From IMG/VR virus record IMGVR_UViG_3300031963_000013: DNA of 64,000 bases; one strand, written 5' to 3'. A program made the translations under genes and the position numbers. Every line of letters starts with the position of its first letter. Positions within the stretch are counted from its first letter, which is position 1. The notes under the pieces were generated by a model that worked only from the letters and a program-made list of their open reading frames with translations, ran no database searches and was not told the origin of the DNA. Positions 50,073 to 59,402 of the stretch are shown one piece after another. Source of the stretch: a virus.

Positions 50073-51008
50073 ATGCAAAAAAGTAAACTATCCTACGGAC
50101 AAATGTATTACGCTAAATTGAAAGCCAGAGAGTATGGAATAAGCGTTGAAGATTATTTAGCAAATAAGGGCAAAAAGAGTTACGCGATAAAGAAAAACGT
50201 AACAGTCACTAAAACAGAAGAAATATCGTTGGACAAAGTAGTACGACTCAGCGATCTGAATGTTAGTGATAGCATGTTGAAATGTAATTCTACTGGACTT
50301 ATTGTCGATACTATATATTCGCACGAGGGCGGTATACCTGTAGGCACAAACATAATGTGTACAGGTGACCCGGGTGTGGGTAAGACTACACTGTTGCTTC
50401 ACACATTGGCAAATTTACAAAAGAAGAATCCGCATTTGAAGTGCTTGTTTGTCTGCGCAGAAATGTCGAAAATACAAATGTTCAAGTACATGCGTAGGTT
50501 CCCAGTGTTTGGCGAAGTGACAACTGTTTTTTCGTCAGATTACATGAACCATAATTTCAAAGAAGTAATGGAGAAGCTGATGGACGAGGGTTACGATTAC
50601 GTGCTTGTTGATTCAATAGTTGAAGTGCTAGAATCAGTAAAAGAGGACAACGGTATGTCTCAAGTTACCGCAGAAAAGTGGTTGATCGATCTTTGCGTAA
50701 AGAATAACGAGGCAAACAACAAGAGAAAAGTATATACCACTTTCATGCTTGTACAACAGGTAACCAAAAACGGTGTGTTTGTGGGTAGCAACAAGCTTAA
50801 ACACATCACAGATGCGCACATGGAAATGAAACGCGAGTCTGAAAGAGACGGTGGGGCTACGTACATAATGTTCTCTAAAAACAGAAACGGTCAAGCAGGC
50901 ATACGATTCAACTACCAACTTTCAAACAGTGAGATCGATTACGGTACAATGGTTAGCGAAGACGACAGCGAACAGAGGTCTTTTGCTTTAGAAAACGGTG
51001 TTAACTAA
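50073..51008 (+). CDS. RadA/Sms-like RecA-fold ATPase
   Basis: GGIP.G, GDPGVGKTT, AEM, VLVDSI, QVTKNG.FVGS..LKH..D, SKNR.G. Confidence 0.85.
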   Translation: MQKSKLSYGQMYYAKLKAREYGISVEDYLANKGKKSYAIKKNVTVTKTEEISLDKVVRLSDLNVSDSMLKCNSTGLIVDTIYSHEGGIPVGTNIMCTGDPGVGKTTLLLHTLANLQKKNPHLKCLFVCAEMSKIQMFKYMRRFPVFGEVTTVFSSDYMNHNFKEVMEKLMDEGYDYVLVDSIVEVLESVKEDNGMSQVTAEKWLIDLCVKNNEANNKRKVYTTFMLVQQVTKNGVFVGSNKLKHITDAHMEMKRESERDGGATYIMFSKNRNGQAGIRFNYQLSNSEIDYGTMVSEDDSEQRSFALENGVN

Positions 51009-51024
51009 TAAAACTATAAAAGTT

Positions 51025-51417
51025 ATGAACAAAGAACAAAATGAATTAATGAGCATATTGCTCAATTACACAGCAACCTTTACTTTATGCTATTTCCTTG
51101 CGGCGCCAATAATACTTTTCATAAACCTAATTTTAGATGATGGACCGATAAAAAAGTTTATGAAAAAATCTGTGACTATAGTATTTTATTTGTTTCTTTT
51201 GCTTTTGTTCGGTTGGCCCTTTTTCTGGTTTATCAGCCTTTTCGTACATAGCATTAGTAGCGTAGACGTTTTTTTGAACTATTTATGGTTCTTTTGTGGA
51301 TTTGTTTTGGGTTTATTAATAGCTTACTTTATATACGGTATACTATGTTTAATATTAGCGCCTTTTGGAATAGCGTTATTTTCTTTCACCCAAATAATTA
51401 AAAAAATAAAAGAATAA
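51025..51417 (+). CDS. Integral membrane protein
   Basis: Several long hydrophobic segments. Confidence 0.65.
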   Translation: MNKEQNELMSILLNYTATFTLCYFLAAPIILFINLILDDGPIKKFMKKSVTIVFYLFLLLLFGWPFFWFISLFVHSISSVDVFLNYLWFFCGFVLGLLIAYFIYGILCLILAPFGIALFSFTQIIKKIKE

Positions 51418-51421
51418 TTGC

Positions 51422-52045
51422 ATGAATAAAAAAATGGACAAAAACGTATCAGCTTTTTTAGATCACGTAAAAAAGGAATGCGAAAAACACGATGTGAAGT
51501 TAACACTAAGAAACGTTAAGTATTTTAGATTATCTCCAAAAGTGACCTGCGGTGGTTATTTTGACGATGTGAATAAAGAACTAGCGTGCTCTACAAATAG
51601 AGAGGATTGGTTAGATTTGTTAGTGCACGAGTACGCTCATATGACACAGTGGCTTGATCGTGATAACTGTGTAGAGTGGATGAACGAGCAAAAATTCAAA
51701 TCACTTGAAAAATTGGACGAATGGTTAAACGGCAAAACAAAGTATAGAATGAAGTTCCATCTTGGTGTTTGTAGAGACCTTGAACTAGACAACGAAAAAA
51801 GAACAGTAGAACTAATAAAGAAATTTGGGTTGCAAAAACACATAGACATAGATTTTTATACTAAGAAAGCAAATGCGTACGTTCTTTTCTACAACTACAT
51901 GAATTTTACAAGGCGTTGGTGCAACACGAAAAACCCGTTTTACAAAAACAATGAGCTAATCAAAAAAATGTCGAACAAATTTGATATGAATTACAACGAA
52001 TTGGATTCACACATAAAATTAACTTTTGACAAATGCAAAATATAA
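51422..52045 (+). CDS. Zincin-type metallopeptidase-like protein
   Basis: GGYF...LVHEYAH...LE. Confidence 0.65.
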   Translation: MNKKMDKNVSAFLDHVKKECEKHDVKLTLRNVKYFRLSPKVTCGGYFDDVNKELACSTNREDWLDLLVHEYAHMTQWLDRDNCVEWMNEQKFKSLEKLDEWLNGKTKYRMKFHLGVCRDLELDNEKRTVELIKKFGLQKHIDIDFYTKKANAYVLFYNYMNFTRRWCNTKNPFYKNNELIKKMSNKFDMNYNELDSHIKLTFDKCKI

Positions 52046-52437
52046 ACCAATCTAGATTACACAGGGGTCATGCGAAGCGGGTTTTGGATTGGTGCATTGA
52101 ACGATATGGAAAATCGAAGTATAGTAAGCATTATCCAACTATTAGGTTCATAAAGTTTACTGATTACGAAAACATCGGTCTGCTTGGATATTACGAGCCA
52201 GAATTTTGTGAAATATTCATAAATAGTGAGGATCATTTAAACGTAGACGAATTGTGCAAGACAATCATTGAGGAGTATCAGCACTACATGCAATCCGATA
52301 GCCAATATCAGAAAATGGCCAAGGTATACAGTTACGATCAACACCCGCTTGAAAAGCAAGCTCAAAAGATAGCAAATACACATTATAAAATTTGTGTAAA
52401 AGAATTAAAAAAATACCATAAGACATTCTTCTTTTAA
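52033..52437 (+). CDS. Zincin-like protein with degenerate HExxH
   Basis: LGYY...IIEEYQH...HPLE..A. Confidence 0.5.
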   Translation: MQNINQSRLHRGHAKRVLDWCIERYGKSKYSKHYPTIRFIKFTDYENIGLLGYYEPEFCEIFINSEDHLNVDELCKTIIEEYQHYMQSDSQYQKMAKVYSYDQHPLEKQAQKIANTHYKICVKELKKYHKTFFF

Positions 52438-52462
52438 ACAATTCATAATATTTATATTCAGT

Positions 52463-52672
52463 ATGTTAATTGACGTATTAGACAAGGTAGCAAACAAAAA
52501 AATACCCGCTGGGGTCCACAAGTATTTGCATGTAGATAGTAGAAAGGCATGGGTTGAATCAGTTATATATTTAGTAGAAAATGCTAATGTAAAACTAGAC
52601 GTTCGTACTTTAAACACGCTAACAAAGAATTGGGAATCTATTTTATATAAAAAATACAGCACGTTAAATTAA
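52463..52672 (+). CDS. Hypothetical protein
   Basis: TATTTATA at 52449. Confidence 0.5.
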   Translation: MLIDVLDKVANKKIPAGVHKYLHVDSRKAWVESVIYLVENANVKLDVRTLNTLTKNWESILYKKYSTLN

Positions 52673-52673
52673 G

Positions 52674-52940
52674 ATGAATAGTAACATGCCCTTCACAACA
52701 GAAGCACTACAGTACGGGATATTAGGAATAGTAGCACTGCTACTAGGGTATTTTGCATGGTCGCAATGGCAAAGACTCGAAAGAAAAAACTTAGAGTTAG
52801 AAAAAAAGGTAGATAGACTACAAAGTGAGATCATAGAAATAATGGGAGAAGAGAGGGATCGCATGGCAACCCTAGTTCAAGACAACACAAAAGCAATTCA
52901 AGAGTTATCAAGAATCATTTTAGAGTACATAGTAAAATAA
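52674..52940 (+). CDS. Single-TM plus coiled-coil protein, holin-like (BhlA/UviB architecture)
   Basis: QYGILGIVALLLGYFAW followed by a charged coiled coil. Confidence 0.45.
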   Translation: MNSNMPFTTEALQYGILGIVALLLGYFAWSQWQRLERKNLELEKKVDRLQSEIIEIMGEERDRMATLVQDNTKAIQELSRIILEYIVK

Positions 52941-52962
52941 AAACAAACCAAAAATCAAAGTT

Positions 52963-53169
52963 ATGAAAAAAATGTATTGCAAAATCTGCAACAAGGAAAT
53001 TCATCCAAAAAGAGTTCAATTAGGTTACAACGACACTTGCGTAGATCACTCGTCAACTTCAAGGTACACAGGAGTTATATCCGCGTCAGGTAAGTCAGAT
53101 TACGAGATAAACGTAATAAGAAACAAAGAGCAAGCACAGCACATCGTATCACTCTCTAATATTTATTAA
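52963..53169 (+). CDS. Small Zn-finger protein (DksA/TraR-like pattern)
   Basis: CKIC..EI..KR......TCVDH. Confidence 0.5.
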   Translation: MKKMYCKICNKEIHPKRVQLGYNDTCVDHSSTSRYTGVISASGKSDYEINVIRNKEQAQHIVSLSNIY

Positions 53170-53174
53170 AAAAC

Positions 53175-53357
53175 ATGAAATTAGACAACCTAACTTCTGA
53201 AGAAAAAAAGCAACTTAAGGAGTACATTCACAGCTTGAAAGAGATAAAGAAGTGCATCTCTGAACTTTTAGAAAAGGCAAACGTAAAAACAAACGATTTG
53301 GATGAAGTAGGTGGAAACATGTCAAAGGGTTTGACTCTGCATGTTGCTGAAAATTAA
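53175..53357 (+). CDS. Hypothetical protein
   Basis: TATTTAT at 53160. Confidence 0.5.
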   Translation: MKLDNLTSEEKKQLKEYIHSLKEIKKCISELLEKANVKTNDLDEVGGNMSKGLTLHVAEN

Positions 53358-53374
53358 TAATAAATTAACAAGTT

Positions 53375-53716
53375 ATGCATTTATTTTTAGGTACTTTTTA
53401 TGGTTTCATAGGCCAAGTAATTAGTTTCTTAGCTTTACAAGGATCTTACAAGTACAATTTTCTAAAGGACAACGAGTGGATAGTAATTGCATCAGGAATG
53501 CCTACAGCTTTCTTTTTTTACAAAAGCGTTCATCACTTTATTGTTGCTTTTAACGGAGAGATGTGGCCGTCTAGACTTCTTGGATACTCTATAGGAGCGA
53601 TCGTATTTTACTTCATGTCTGCCATCTTATTTAAGGAAGCACTTACAATGAAAACAGTGGTGTGTTTGATTCTGTCATTGGTGATAATGCTGGTTCAAAT
53701 ATATTGGAAAAATTAA
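53375..53716 (+). CDS. Four-TM membrane protein (SMR/DMT-like size)
   Basis: Four hydrophobic segments; LFKE.LT pattern. Confidence 0.55.
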   Translation: MHLFLGTFYGFIGQVISFLALQGSYKYNFLKDNEWIVIASGMPTAFFFYKSVHHFIVAFNGEMWPSRLLGYSIGAIVFYFMSAILFKEALTMKTVVCLILSLVIMLVQIYWKN

Positions 53717-53740
53717 ACAACAAATAAAATTAAAAAGTTT

Positions 53741-53953
53741 ATGAAATTTACAAAAATTTACGAAATACTGCAGGATCTGGAAGAACACGAAAAGATAGAA
53801 ATGCTAAGATTGTTACAAGCGGAAGTGGAAGATTGGGATAGTTTATCCGTATCTGCTGTAGAGTATCAAAACGCTATTAAAACTCTAGAGAAAGCTTACT
53901 ACACGGATGGAGTCCGCGCCGAGACTATCTTAAAAATAGCAAAAAAATACTGA
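53741..53953 (+). CDS. Hypothetical protein
   Basis: A-rich leader, 70 aa. Confidence 0.55.
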   Translation: MKFTKIYEILQDLEEHEKIEMLRLLQAEVEDWDSLSVSAVEYQNAIKTLEKAYYTDGVRAETILKIAKKY

Positions 53954-53965
53954 TAAAACAAGTGT

Positions 53966-54157
53966 ATGATTGATAAGATTGAGAATTTCAACGAAAACAA
54001 AGCTTTGGATTTGTTTGAGCTCATAGAATTGATGTTTAACAATAAGCCAGACAAAAGAAAGAAGTTAGAATACACAGAGTGGAAGAACAACATAAACTCG
54101 TGGATAAACAAATGTAACAAGCTTTGCAAATTTAAAGTTTACGATAACCAAAAATAA
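53966..54157 (+). CDS. Hypothetical protein
   Basis: 63 aa ORF in a tight gene string. Confidence 0.5.
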   Translation: MIDKIENFNENKALDLFELIELMFNNKPDKRKKLEYTEWKNNINSWINKCNKLCKFKVYDNQK

Positions 54158-54161
54158 AAAA

Positions 54162-54371
54162 ATGAAAAAGTATTTCCAAGTAAAGGTCCAATTCCGTCAA
54201 GAAGACGAAAGAGGTAAAATCAAAAAAGTGAATGTACAATACCTAGTCGATGCTATGAGTTGCACCGAAGCCGAAGCGAGAGTTGTTAAGTGGCTCGGAA
54301 GTATGAATGACTACGAAGTAAAATCTGTGTCTGAGTCACAAATAGCGGAAGTGATAGCTGTAGACAACTAA
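54162..54371 (+). CDS. DUF4494-like protein
   Basis: GKIKKV..QYLVDAMSCTEAEAR...YEVKSV. Confidence 0.75.
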   Translation: MKKYFQVKVQFRQEDERGKIKKVNVQYLVDAMSCTEAEARVVKWLGSMNDYEVKSVSESQIAEVIAVDN

Positions 54372-54449
54372 TTGTTTGGTGCATACACACTAGAACCGAT
54401 AATTTTATAGTCTAAAACAAATATAGTATATTTACTTAAATAGTTAGTT

Positions 54450-54653
54450 ATGTCATACTACATGATTCTGTGTTTAATAGTCATAGTTATTGCTCAAGCA
54501 GTTTATATCCTATATTTGCAATTCAACTTAGAAGAATACATGTATAAAATATCCTTCCTAGTGGATCAGCTCAAGAAGGTATCAAGCTCATTACACCACT
54601 TTCGAAGTGACAAAAAACAAAACGAATTAACAAAAGATAAAAATACAAAATAA
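54450..54653 (+). CDS. Small membrane-anchored protein
   Basis: N-terminal TM; promoter candidate at 54396-54434. Confidence 0.55.
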   Translation: MSYYMILCLIVIVIAQAVYILYLQFNLEEYMYKISFLVDQLKKVSSSLHHFRSDKKQNELTKDKNTK

Positions 54654-54655
54654 AG

Positions 54656-54922
54656 ATGCTTACGATTAAATACTTCACTGCTACCTGGTGTGCTCCTTGT
54701 CGAGCTTTTGGGCCAATAGTAGATCAAGTTACGCAACAATACGCAAATAAAGTCAATCTCGTAAAGATAGACATCGAGACTAACGAGAGAGAAGTTTTTG
54801 GTTATTCGATTGTCAGCGTTCCGACTATGGTGTTTTTAAAAGGTGACACTGTTGTTCGTGTGCACAAGGGCGCAATGTCAAAACAACAACTTCAATCTTT
54901 GATAGAAGATTCGATTCACTAA
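54656..54922 (+). CDS. trx: Thioredoxin
   Basis: FTATWCAPC, SVPT. Confidence 0.92.
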   Translation: MLTIKYFTATWCAPCRAFGPIVDQVTQQYANKVNLVKIDIETNEREVFGYSIVSVPTMVFLKGDTVVRVHKGAMSKQQLQSLIEDSIH

Positions 54923-54943
54923 AACAAATTAAATAAAGGTTAT

Positions 54944-55300
54944 ATGAATGCTTCAAGCGAATTAACTCTCAAGAGTTTGTATCCCCCTGTGTGTGTATAC
55001 GGCGATTACTCAAAAAGCTGGTACATAATAGCCGATGGAGTTTGGCACCAGGTTAGAAGGAAGTACTCGTGGATGGAATTGGAGAAAATGTGGGAAAGAA
55101 GAGTAAGTACAAAGATCGAATATCCTAGAAAAAAAATCAATCACGAAAAGAAGAAGTGGCTCGTAGTCGGTAGCAAAGGAAACAATTACACTGTAGAAGT
55201 TTCTGGAGCAAATTGGACTTGTACGTGTCCATCTCACGGTTTTGGAAGAGGGAGAGACTGTAAACACATAACTCAAATAAAATCAAAAAATGGACAATAG
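54944..55300 (+). CDS. SWIM Zn-finger protein
   Basis: GSKGNNY.V...CTCP.......CKH. Confidence 0.8.
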   Translation: MNASSELTLKSLYPPVCVYGDYSKSWYIIADGVWHQVRRKYSWMELEKMWERRVSTKIEYPRKKINHEKKKWLVVGSKGNNYTVEVSGANWTCTCPSHGFGRGRDCKHITQIKSKNGQ

Positions 55301-55628
55301 AATAGAGTACATAGATTCGCTGATACAAAGCATCACAGAACTAGAAGAGTCTTCAAACCCAGAGTACCGAATGGAAGAGCGCCAGTTTGAATTGTTCAAA
55401 GAACACTTGGTTCGTACGTGCAACGATAACTACCGCAAGTATTTAAGGGGAGAGCTAGACAGTTACGAAATCACAGAGCAGCAGTACGACGATGTGTACG
55501 ATGAATCATGTTTGGAATACGCTTCAGAGGTTCTTGACAACCTCGTAGATATGGGCTTTATGGAGGCAAGCGTATCTGAAACTGGAGAGATCCTATATGG
55601 AGCAATAGATCACAATAAAAACAAATAA
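55290..55628 (+). CDS. Acidic hypothetical protein
   Basis: 112 aa coupled ORF. Confidence 0.55.
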   Translation: MDNRIEYIDSLIQSITELEESSNPEYRMEERQFELFKEHLVRTCNDNYRKYLRGELDSYEITEQQYDDVYDESCLEYASEVLDNLVDMGFMEASVSETGEILYGAIDHNKNK

Positions 55629-55635
55629 AAGTTAT

Positions 55636-55731
55636 ATGAAAAAAGAAACAAAAAACGCCATCATCGTCATTGCGGCGATATTAGTATACGTTGCAACTGC
55701 AGCGTTGGTATCTTACTTATTAGGAGCATAA
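55636..55731 (+). CDS. 31-aa single-TM microprotein (not in ORF track)
   Basis: MKKETKNAIIVIAAILVYVATAALVSYLLGA after an AAAAGTTAT leader. Confidence 0.55.
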   Translation: MKKETKNAIIVIAAILVYVATAALVSYLLGA

Positions 55732-55761
55732 ACAATAGTAATCAAAAAACCCAAAATAAAA

Positions 55762-56418
55762 ATGAAAACAACAATTTTATCGTTGATAGCTTTATTAGCA
55801 TTAACAACGTCCAACGCGCAAACAACAAACAGTGGAGGAGGACAATCACCAGAGAACACAGTTATTAGAATGAGATACGCAGGTTACCAGCAAGGCAACC
55901 ACGTATTCGTAATAAAAAACAAGAGAAACTGTGTGATAGGCATAACCACGAGAGTGGACACCGAGCAAGCTAGGGACACCACCATCCCCGCCCAAGACTC
56001 TATAGAGTTTAAAGTGCCAAAGCCAAGCGCTTTTACCCAAACAAAGTTCAGAGCAAAGGTTACTGAGGACTGCGTTCAAGATCCCAACCTGGGGTGGATA
56101 GAGATGGTAGTGCCATTCGCAAGCGCTTTATCTTTGTACGAAAGAGACCCCGAATATGTGAGAGAGAGACAGGGAATGACAGTTAAACTCGCATCAGTGG
56201 GAGCTGTGTTGGTAACCATGGGAGACAGCAAGAACTACTCAGTCTCAGTAGAAGAGCACGATCAACTCGGAAGAAAACTGTTAACAACCCAAATAAGGGC
56301 AACAAGATCTGCAACTGTGACTTTACCGAGGAGGCAACAGAACCAAATAACGTATTTAGTAGTAACAGTTCAAAGCAACCTACCCCATACGTTTACCTTA
56401 AAGAGAGTCCAACAGTAA
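55762..56418 (+). CDS. Secreted protein with possible T9SS C-terminal sorting domain
   Basis: Signal peptide ending SNA|Q; C-terminus DQLGRKL...TYLV.V...TLKRV. Confidence 0.5.
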   Translation: MKTTILSLIALLALTTSNAQTTNSGGGQSPENTVIRMRYAGYQQGNHVFVIKNKRNCVIGITTRVDTEQARDTTIPAQDSIEFKVPKPSAFTQTKFRAKVTEDCVQDPNLGWIEMVVPFASALSLYERDPEYVRERQGMTVKLASVGAVLVTMGDSKNYSVSVEEHDQLGRKLLTTQIRATRSATVTLPRRQQNQITYLVVTVQSNLPHTFTLKRVQQ

Positions 56419-56453
56419 CAAAACAAAAGTTATTAATAACCAAGCTTGAAATT

Positions 56454-56663
56454 ATGGAAAAGAAATTAACAATGATCGATCCACCAAGCGGTTGGCAATT
56501 TGGTTTCCCAAAACCAATACCTGAAGATAGAAAAAATGATGTTATTCCTTGGCTTATAGAACAAGGGTATCCTCAACATCTTATAGATGAACTAGGTGAG
56601 CATTTTTGTTGTAGATATTGGGAACAACCTGATGGAATAAAAACTAAAAAAGAAATAATATGA
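56454..56663 (+). CDS. Hypothetical protein
   Basis: IDPPSGW.FGFPK; 69 aa. Confidence 0.6.
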   Translation: MEKKLTMIDPPSGWQFGFPKPIPEDRKNDVIPWLIEQGYPQHLIDELGEHFCCRYWEQPDGIKTKKEII

Positions 56664-57427
56664 AAAATCTACATTTATTGCCTACATACAAACCAAGTAG
56701 GTTATCAATACTAAATAGTGGTAAACTTAACTTTGGAGCAGAAATAATAAGTTCTTCTAACTCAAAACCTCAACACATCTACATCACTTCTGATGAAGAA
56801 ATTAAAGAAGGAGATGGTAGTTGGATTTTAGATTTAAGGTCAAATAGAAAGGCTAAAAATATAAATAACCATATTAAGGTTTGGAATGAAAACTGTAAAA
56901 AAATCACCCTAACAACAGACCAAGACTTAATCAAAGATGGTGTACAAGCTATTGATGATGAGTTTTTAGAATGGTTTGTAAAGAATCCAAGTTGTGAGGA
57001 AGTTGAAGTTGGATATGGGTGGATTAGACTTACTGAAACTGACAATGAAGGATATTGGGTTTCTATTCCTGATAAACAATTTGAAATGCAACAAGAAGAA
57101 CCTAAACAAGAAACACTTGAAGAAGTTGCTGAAAGATTACATCCAGTATGTATAAAACCTATACTTGATAAGTATGATGATAGAGTAACTAATGTTATTA
57201 GTGAAGAAGATGTAAATGAAGATTGCAGAGAGAGTTTTATTGAAGGTGCTAAATGGCAACAAGAAAGAATGTATAGTGAGGAAGATTTAAAGAAAGCATA
57301 TTTTTCCGCTATTGAAATAACTGGTGAGGGTTGGAATGGAGAATATGCTCAAGGTAATAATCCTAATATTGAAGAAACATTCCAAGAAGAGTTTAATCAA
57401 TGGTTTGAACAATTTAAAAAGAAATAA
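56660..57427 (+). CDS. Hypothetical protein, modular-array member
   Basis: Contains ETLEE, GAKWQQERMYSEE and FEQFKKK modules. Confidence 0.65.
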   Translation: MKNLHLLPTYKPSRLSILNSGKLNFGAEIISSSNSKPQHIYITSDEEIKEGDGSWILDLRSNRKAKNINNHIKVWNENCKKITLTTDQDLIKDGVQAIDDEFLEWFVKNPSCEEVEVGYGWIRLTETDNEGYWVSIPDKQFEMQQEEPKQETLEEVAERLHPVCIKPILDKYDDRVTNVISEEDVNEDCRESFIEGAKWQQERMYSEEDLKKAYFSAIEITGEGWNGEYAQGNNPNIEETFQEEFNQWFEQFKKK

Positions 57428-57428
57428 C

Positions 57429-57767
57429 ATGAATAAAGAATTTATCCCTTACGAACAAGCATTAGCACTTAAAGAACTTGGGTTTGATGAACCTTGTTTT
57501 GCTTGGTATGTTAGTGAGAAGCATGGATTGGAATATGGCAAAGTAATACAATCAGACTTACTCAGAGATGCTGTCATTGCACCAACATTCTCACAAGCAT
57601 TTAGATGGTTTAGAGAGAAATATGAACTATATTCTTTTGTATTTAAGTTTGATGAAGGATTTGGTTATGAAACTTACAAAGAAGGTGTAACACAAACCAA
57701 TGATTCATTTGACACCTATGAAGAAGCAGAACTTGCTTGTCTTAATAAGTTAATTGAAATTGTATAG
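57429..57767 (+). CDS. Hypothetical protein, modular-array member
   Basis: MNKEFIPYEQALALKELGFDEPC...TYEEAELACL. Confidence 0.65.
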   Translation: MNKEFIPYEQALALKELGFDEPCFAWYVSEKHGLEYGKVIQSDLLRDAVIAPTFSQAFRWFREKYELYSFVFKFDEGFGYETYKEGVTQTNDSFDTYEEAELACLNKLIEIV

Positions 57768-57792
57768 AGAACAATTTAAAAATTAAATAACT

Positions 57793-58236
57793 ATGGCACA
57801 ACAAACAGCAGTAGAATTTTTAATAAAAGCATTTCAAGGTGCTTATGGAGATAAAGTAATAAATGTAGTATCTGTACAAGTTGAACAAGCCAAACAAATG
57901 GAGAAGCAGCAAATATTTGATGCCTTTAAAGAAGGAGTATCAGATGGATTTGATGGCTGGGGAGATACATATAAAGAAAAATACTACAATGAAACTTATG
58001 GAAGTAAGGGAAGTGATGAATTTAAAACTAATTTAGACAGATTGCCTTTCCCTGAATTAGTAGAAGAAATTGCTAAGTATTATGAAAAAGTACCTATAAT
58101 AGAAGCCACATCTTCCCAAACAGAAATATCAGATGAGGAGATAGAGAAAGAATCAAATAGAATTAATGGGGTATATTCAATAGCATTTGAGGAAGGAGCC
58201 AAATGGTACAGAGAACAATTAAAAAAGAAAATATGA
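57793..58236 (+). CDS. Hypothetical protein, modular-array member
   Basis: QTAVE, EQAKQMEKQQ and GAKW modules. Confidence 0.65.
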   Translation: MAQQTAVEFLIKAFQGAYGDKVINVVSVQVEQAKQMEKQQIFDAFKEGVSDGFDGWGDTYKEKYYNETYGSKGSDEFKTNLDRLPFPELVEEIAKYYEKVPIIEATSSQTEISDEEIEKESNRINGVYSIAFEEGAKWYREQLKKKI

Positions 58237-58469
58237 CACCAAAAGAAAAAGCAAAAGAGTTATGCAATAAGTTTTTAAGAACTTATAAAGTTGATCTTTA
58301 TCCTCCATTTAATTCAGCAAGTCAAGAAGCCAAACAATGTGCTTTAATAGCAGCAGATGAGATATTAAATGTCGTATCACGATATAATGCCAGTTGGCAT
58401 TGGCCAATGGATACTGCAAACGAATTTTATTATTGGCAAGAAGTAAAACAAGAAATTGAAAAGTTATGA
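58233..58469 (+). CDS. Hypothetical protein, modular-array member
   Basis: MTPKEKA..AKQCALI..YWQEVKQEIEKL. Confidence 0.65.
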   Translation: MTPKEKAKELCNKFLRTYKVDLYPPFNSASQEAKQCALIAADEILNVVSRYNASWHWPMDTANEFYYWQEVKQEIEKL

Positions 58470-58642
58470 ATAAAGAATTATTAACTAAATTATTAAGTGC
58501 GGCTCAGGAATTGGTAGTAACCCCTAAAGCCGATTATATCCACCTTTCCGAAGAATTCATACAGAAAAAAGCTGACGAAGAGAATGTATCATTTGAGGAA
58601 ATGGTAAATATTATTGAAAATTATCTGAAACCAAAACAATAG
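58466..58642 (+). CDS. 58-aa hypothetical protein (not in ORF track)
   Basis: ATGA overlap; MNKELL...; fills the gap in the array. Confidence 0.5.
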   Translation: MNKELLTKLLSAAQELVVTPKADYIHLSEEFIQKKADEENVSFEEMVNIIENYLKPKQ

Positions 58643-58648
58643 AAAGTT

Positions 58649-58849
58649 ATGAATAAAGAAAGATACAATCAGATTATTGATGTGGCGTATGAGAATTATA
58701 CTCAAACCAAGATTATTAAAACTAATAGTGGTGAAACACACATATCTCCTATAGGTCATTATAATGGAATGACCAAAGAAGAATTCATCAACAAATGTAA
58801 AACTGACACAGAGTTCTCAGAAATGTGGGGATTAAAAAGAAAAATCTAA
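58649..58849 (+). CDS. Hypothetical protein, modular-array member
   Basis: MNKE start module. Confidence 0.55.
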   Translation: MNKERYNQIIDVAYENYTQTKIIKTNSGETHISPIGHYNGMTKEEFINKCKTDTEFSEMWGLKRKI

Positions 58850-58863
58850 TCATAACGATTTAT

Positions 58864-59166
58864 ATGGAAAATAAACAAACAGCAGCAGAATGGCTAATAG
58901 ACCAACTACGTCAACTTGCACATAACCCAAGCACACATCTAGGAATGGGTGATATAAGAGTTACACAAGGAATACTTGATGATCTTGAAGAACAAGCCAA
59001 ACAAATGGAGAAGGAGCAAGCTGAAAGAATGTATAGTGAGGCAATTGAGTTTGCTGAGTGGATTAGAATCAAGGACTTCCAAACTGCATCTAAAGATAAT
59101 TGGATTGGCTTAAATATGAAATGCTATACAACAAAAGAATTATTTGAACAATTTAAAAAGAAATAA
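58864..59166 (+). CDS. Hypothetical protein, modular-array member
   Basis: QTAAEWL + EQAKQMEKEQ + ERMYSE + FEQFKKK. Confidence 0.65.
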   Translation: MENKQTAAEWLIDQLRQLAHNPSTHLGMGDIRVTQGILDDLEEQAKQMEKEQAERMYSEAIEFAEWIRIKDFQTASKDNWIGLNMKCYTTKELFEQFKKK

Positions 59167-59168
59167 TT

Positions 59169-59402
59169 ATGACACCAAAAGAGAAAGCAGAAGAGTTGGT
59201 TATTAAAATGTATCAGCCACTACTAGCTTCAAAAGAAGCAGAAAAAGGTAAAGAACATTTATATTATCAATATAAGGCAGCCAAACAATGTGCTTTGATT
59301 TGTGTGCAGGAAATACAAAGTAGAATTGTTAATCACCCGATGGATTGGGGCGCAAGTTCTTTGTATTGGGGACAAGTAAAACAAGAAATTGAAAAGCTAT
59401 GA
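59169..59402 (+). CDS. Hypothetical protein, modular-array member
   Basis: Paralog of 58233-58469. Confidence 0.65.
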   Translation: MTPKEKAEELVIKMYQPLLASKEAEKGKEHLYYQYKAAKQCALICVQEIQSRIVNHPMDWGASSLYWGQVKQEIEKL

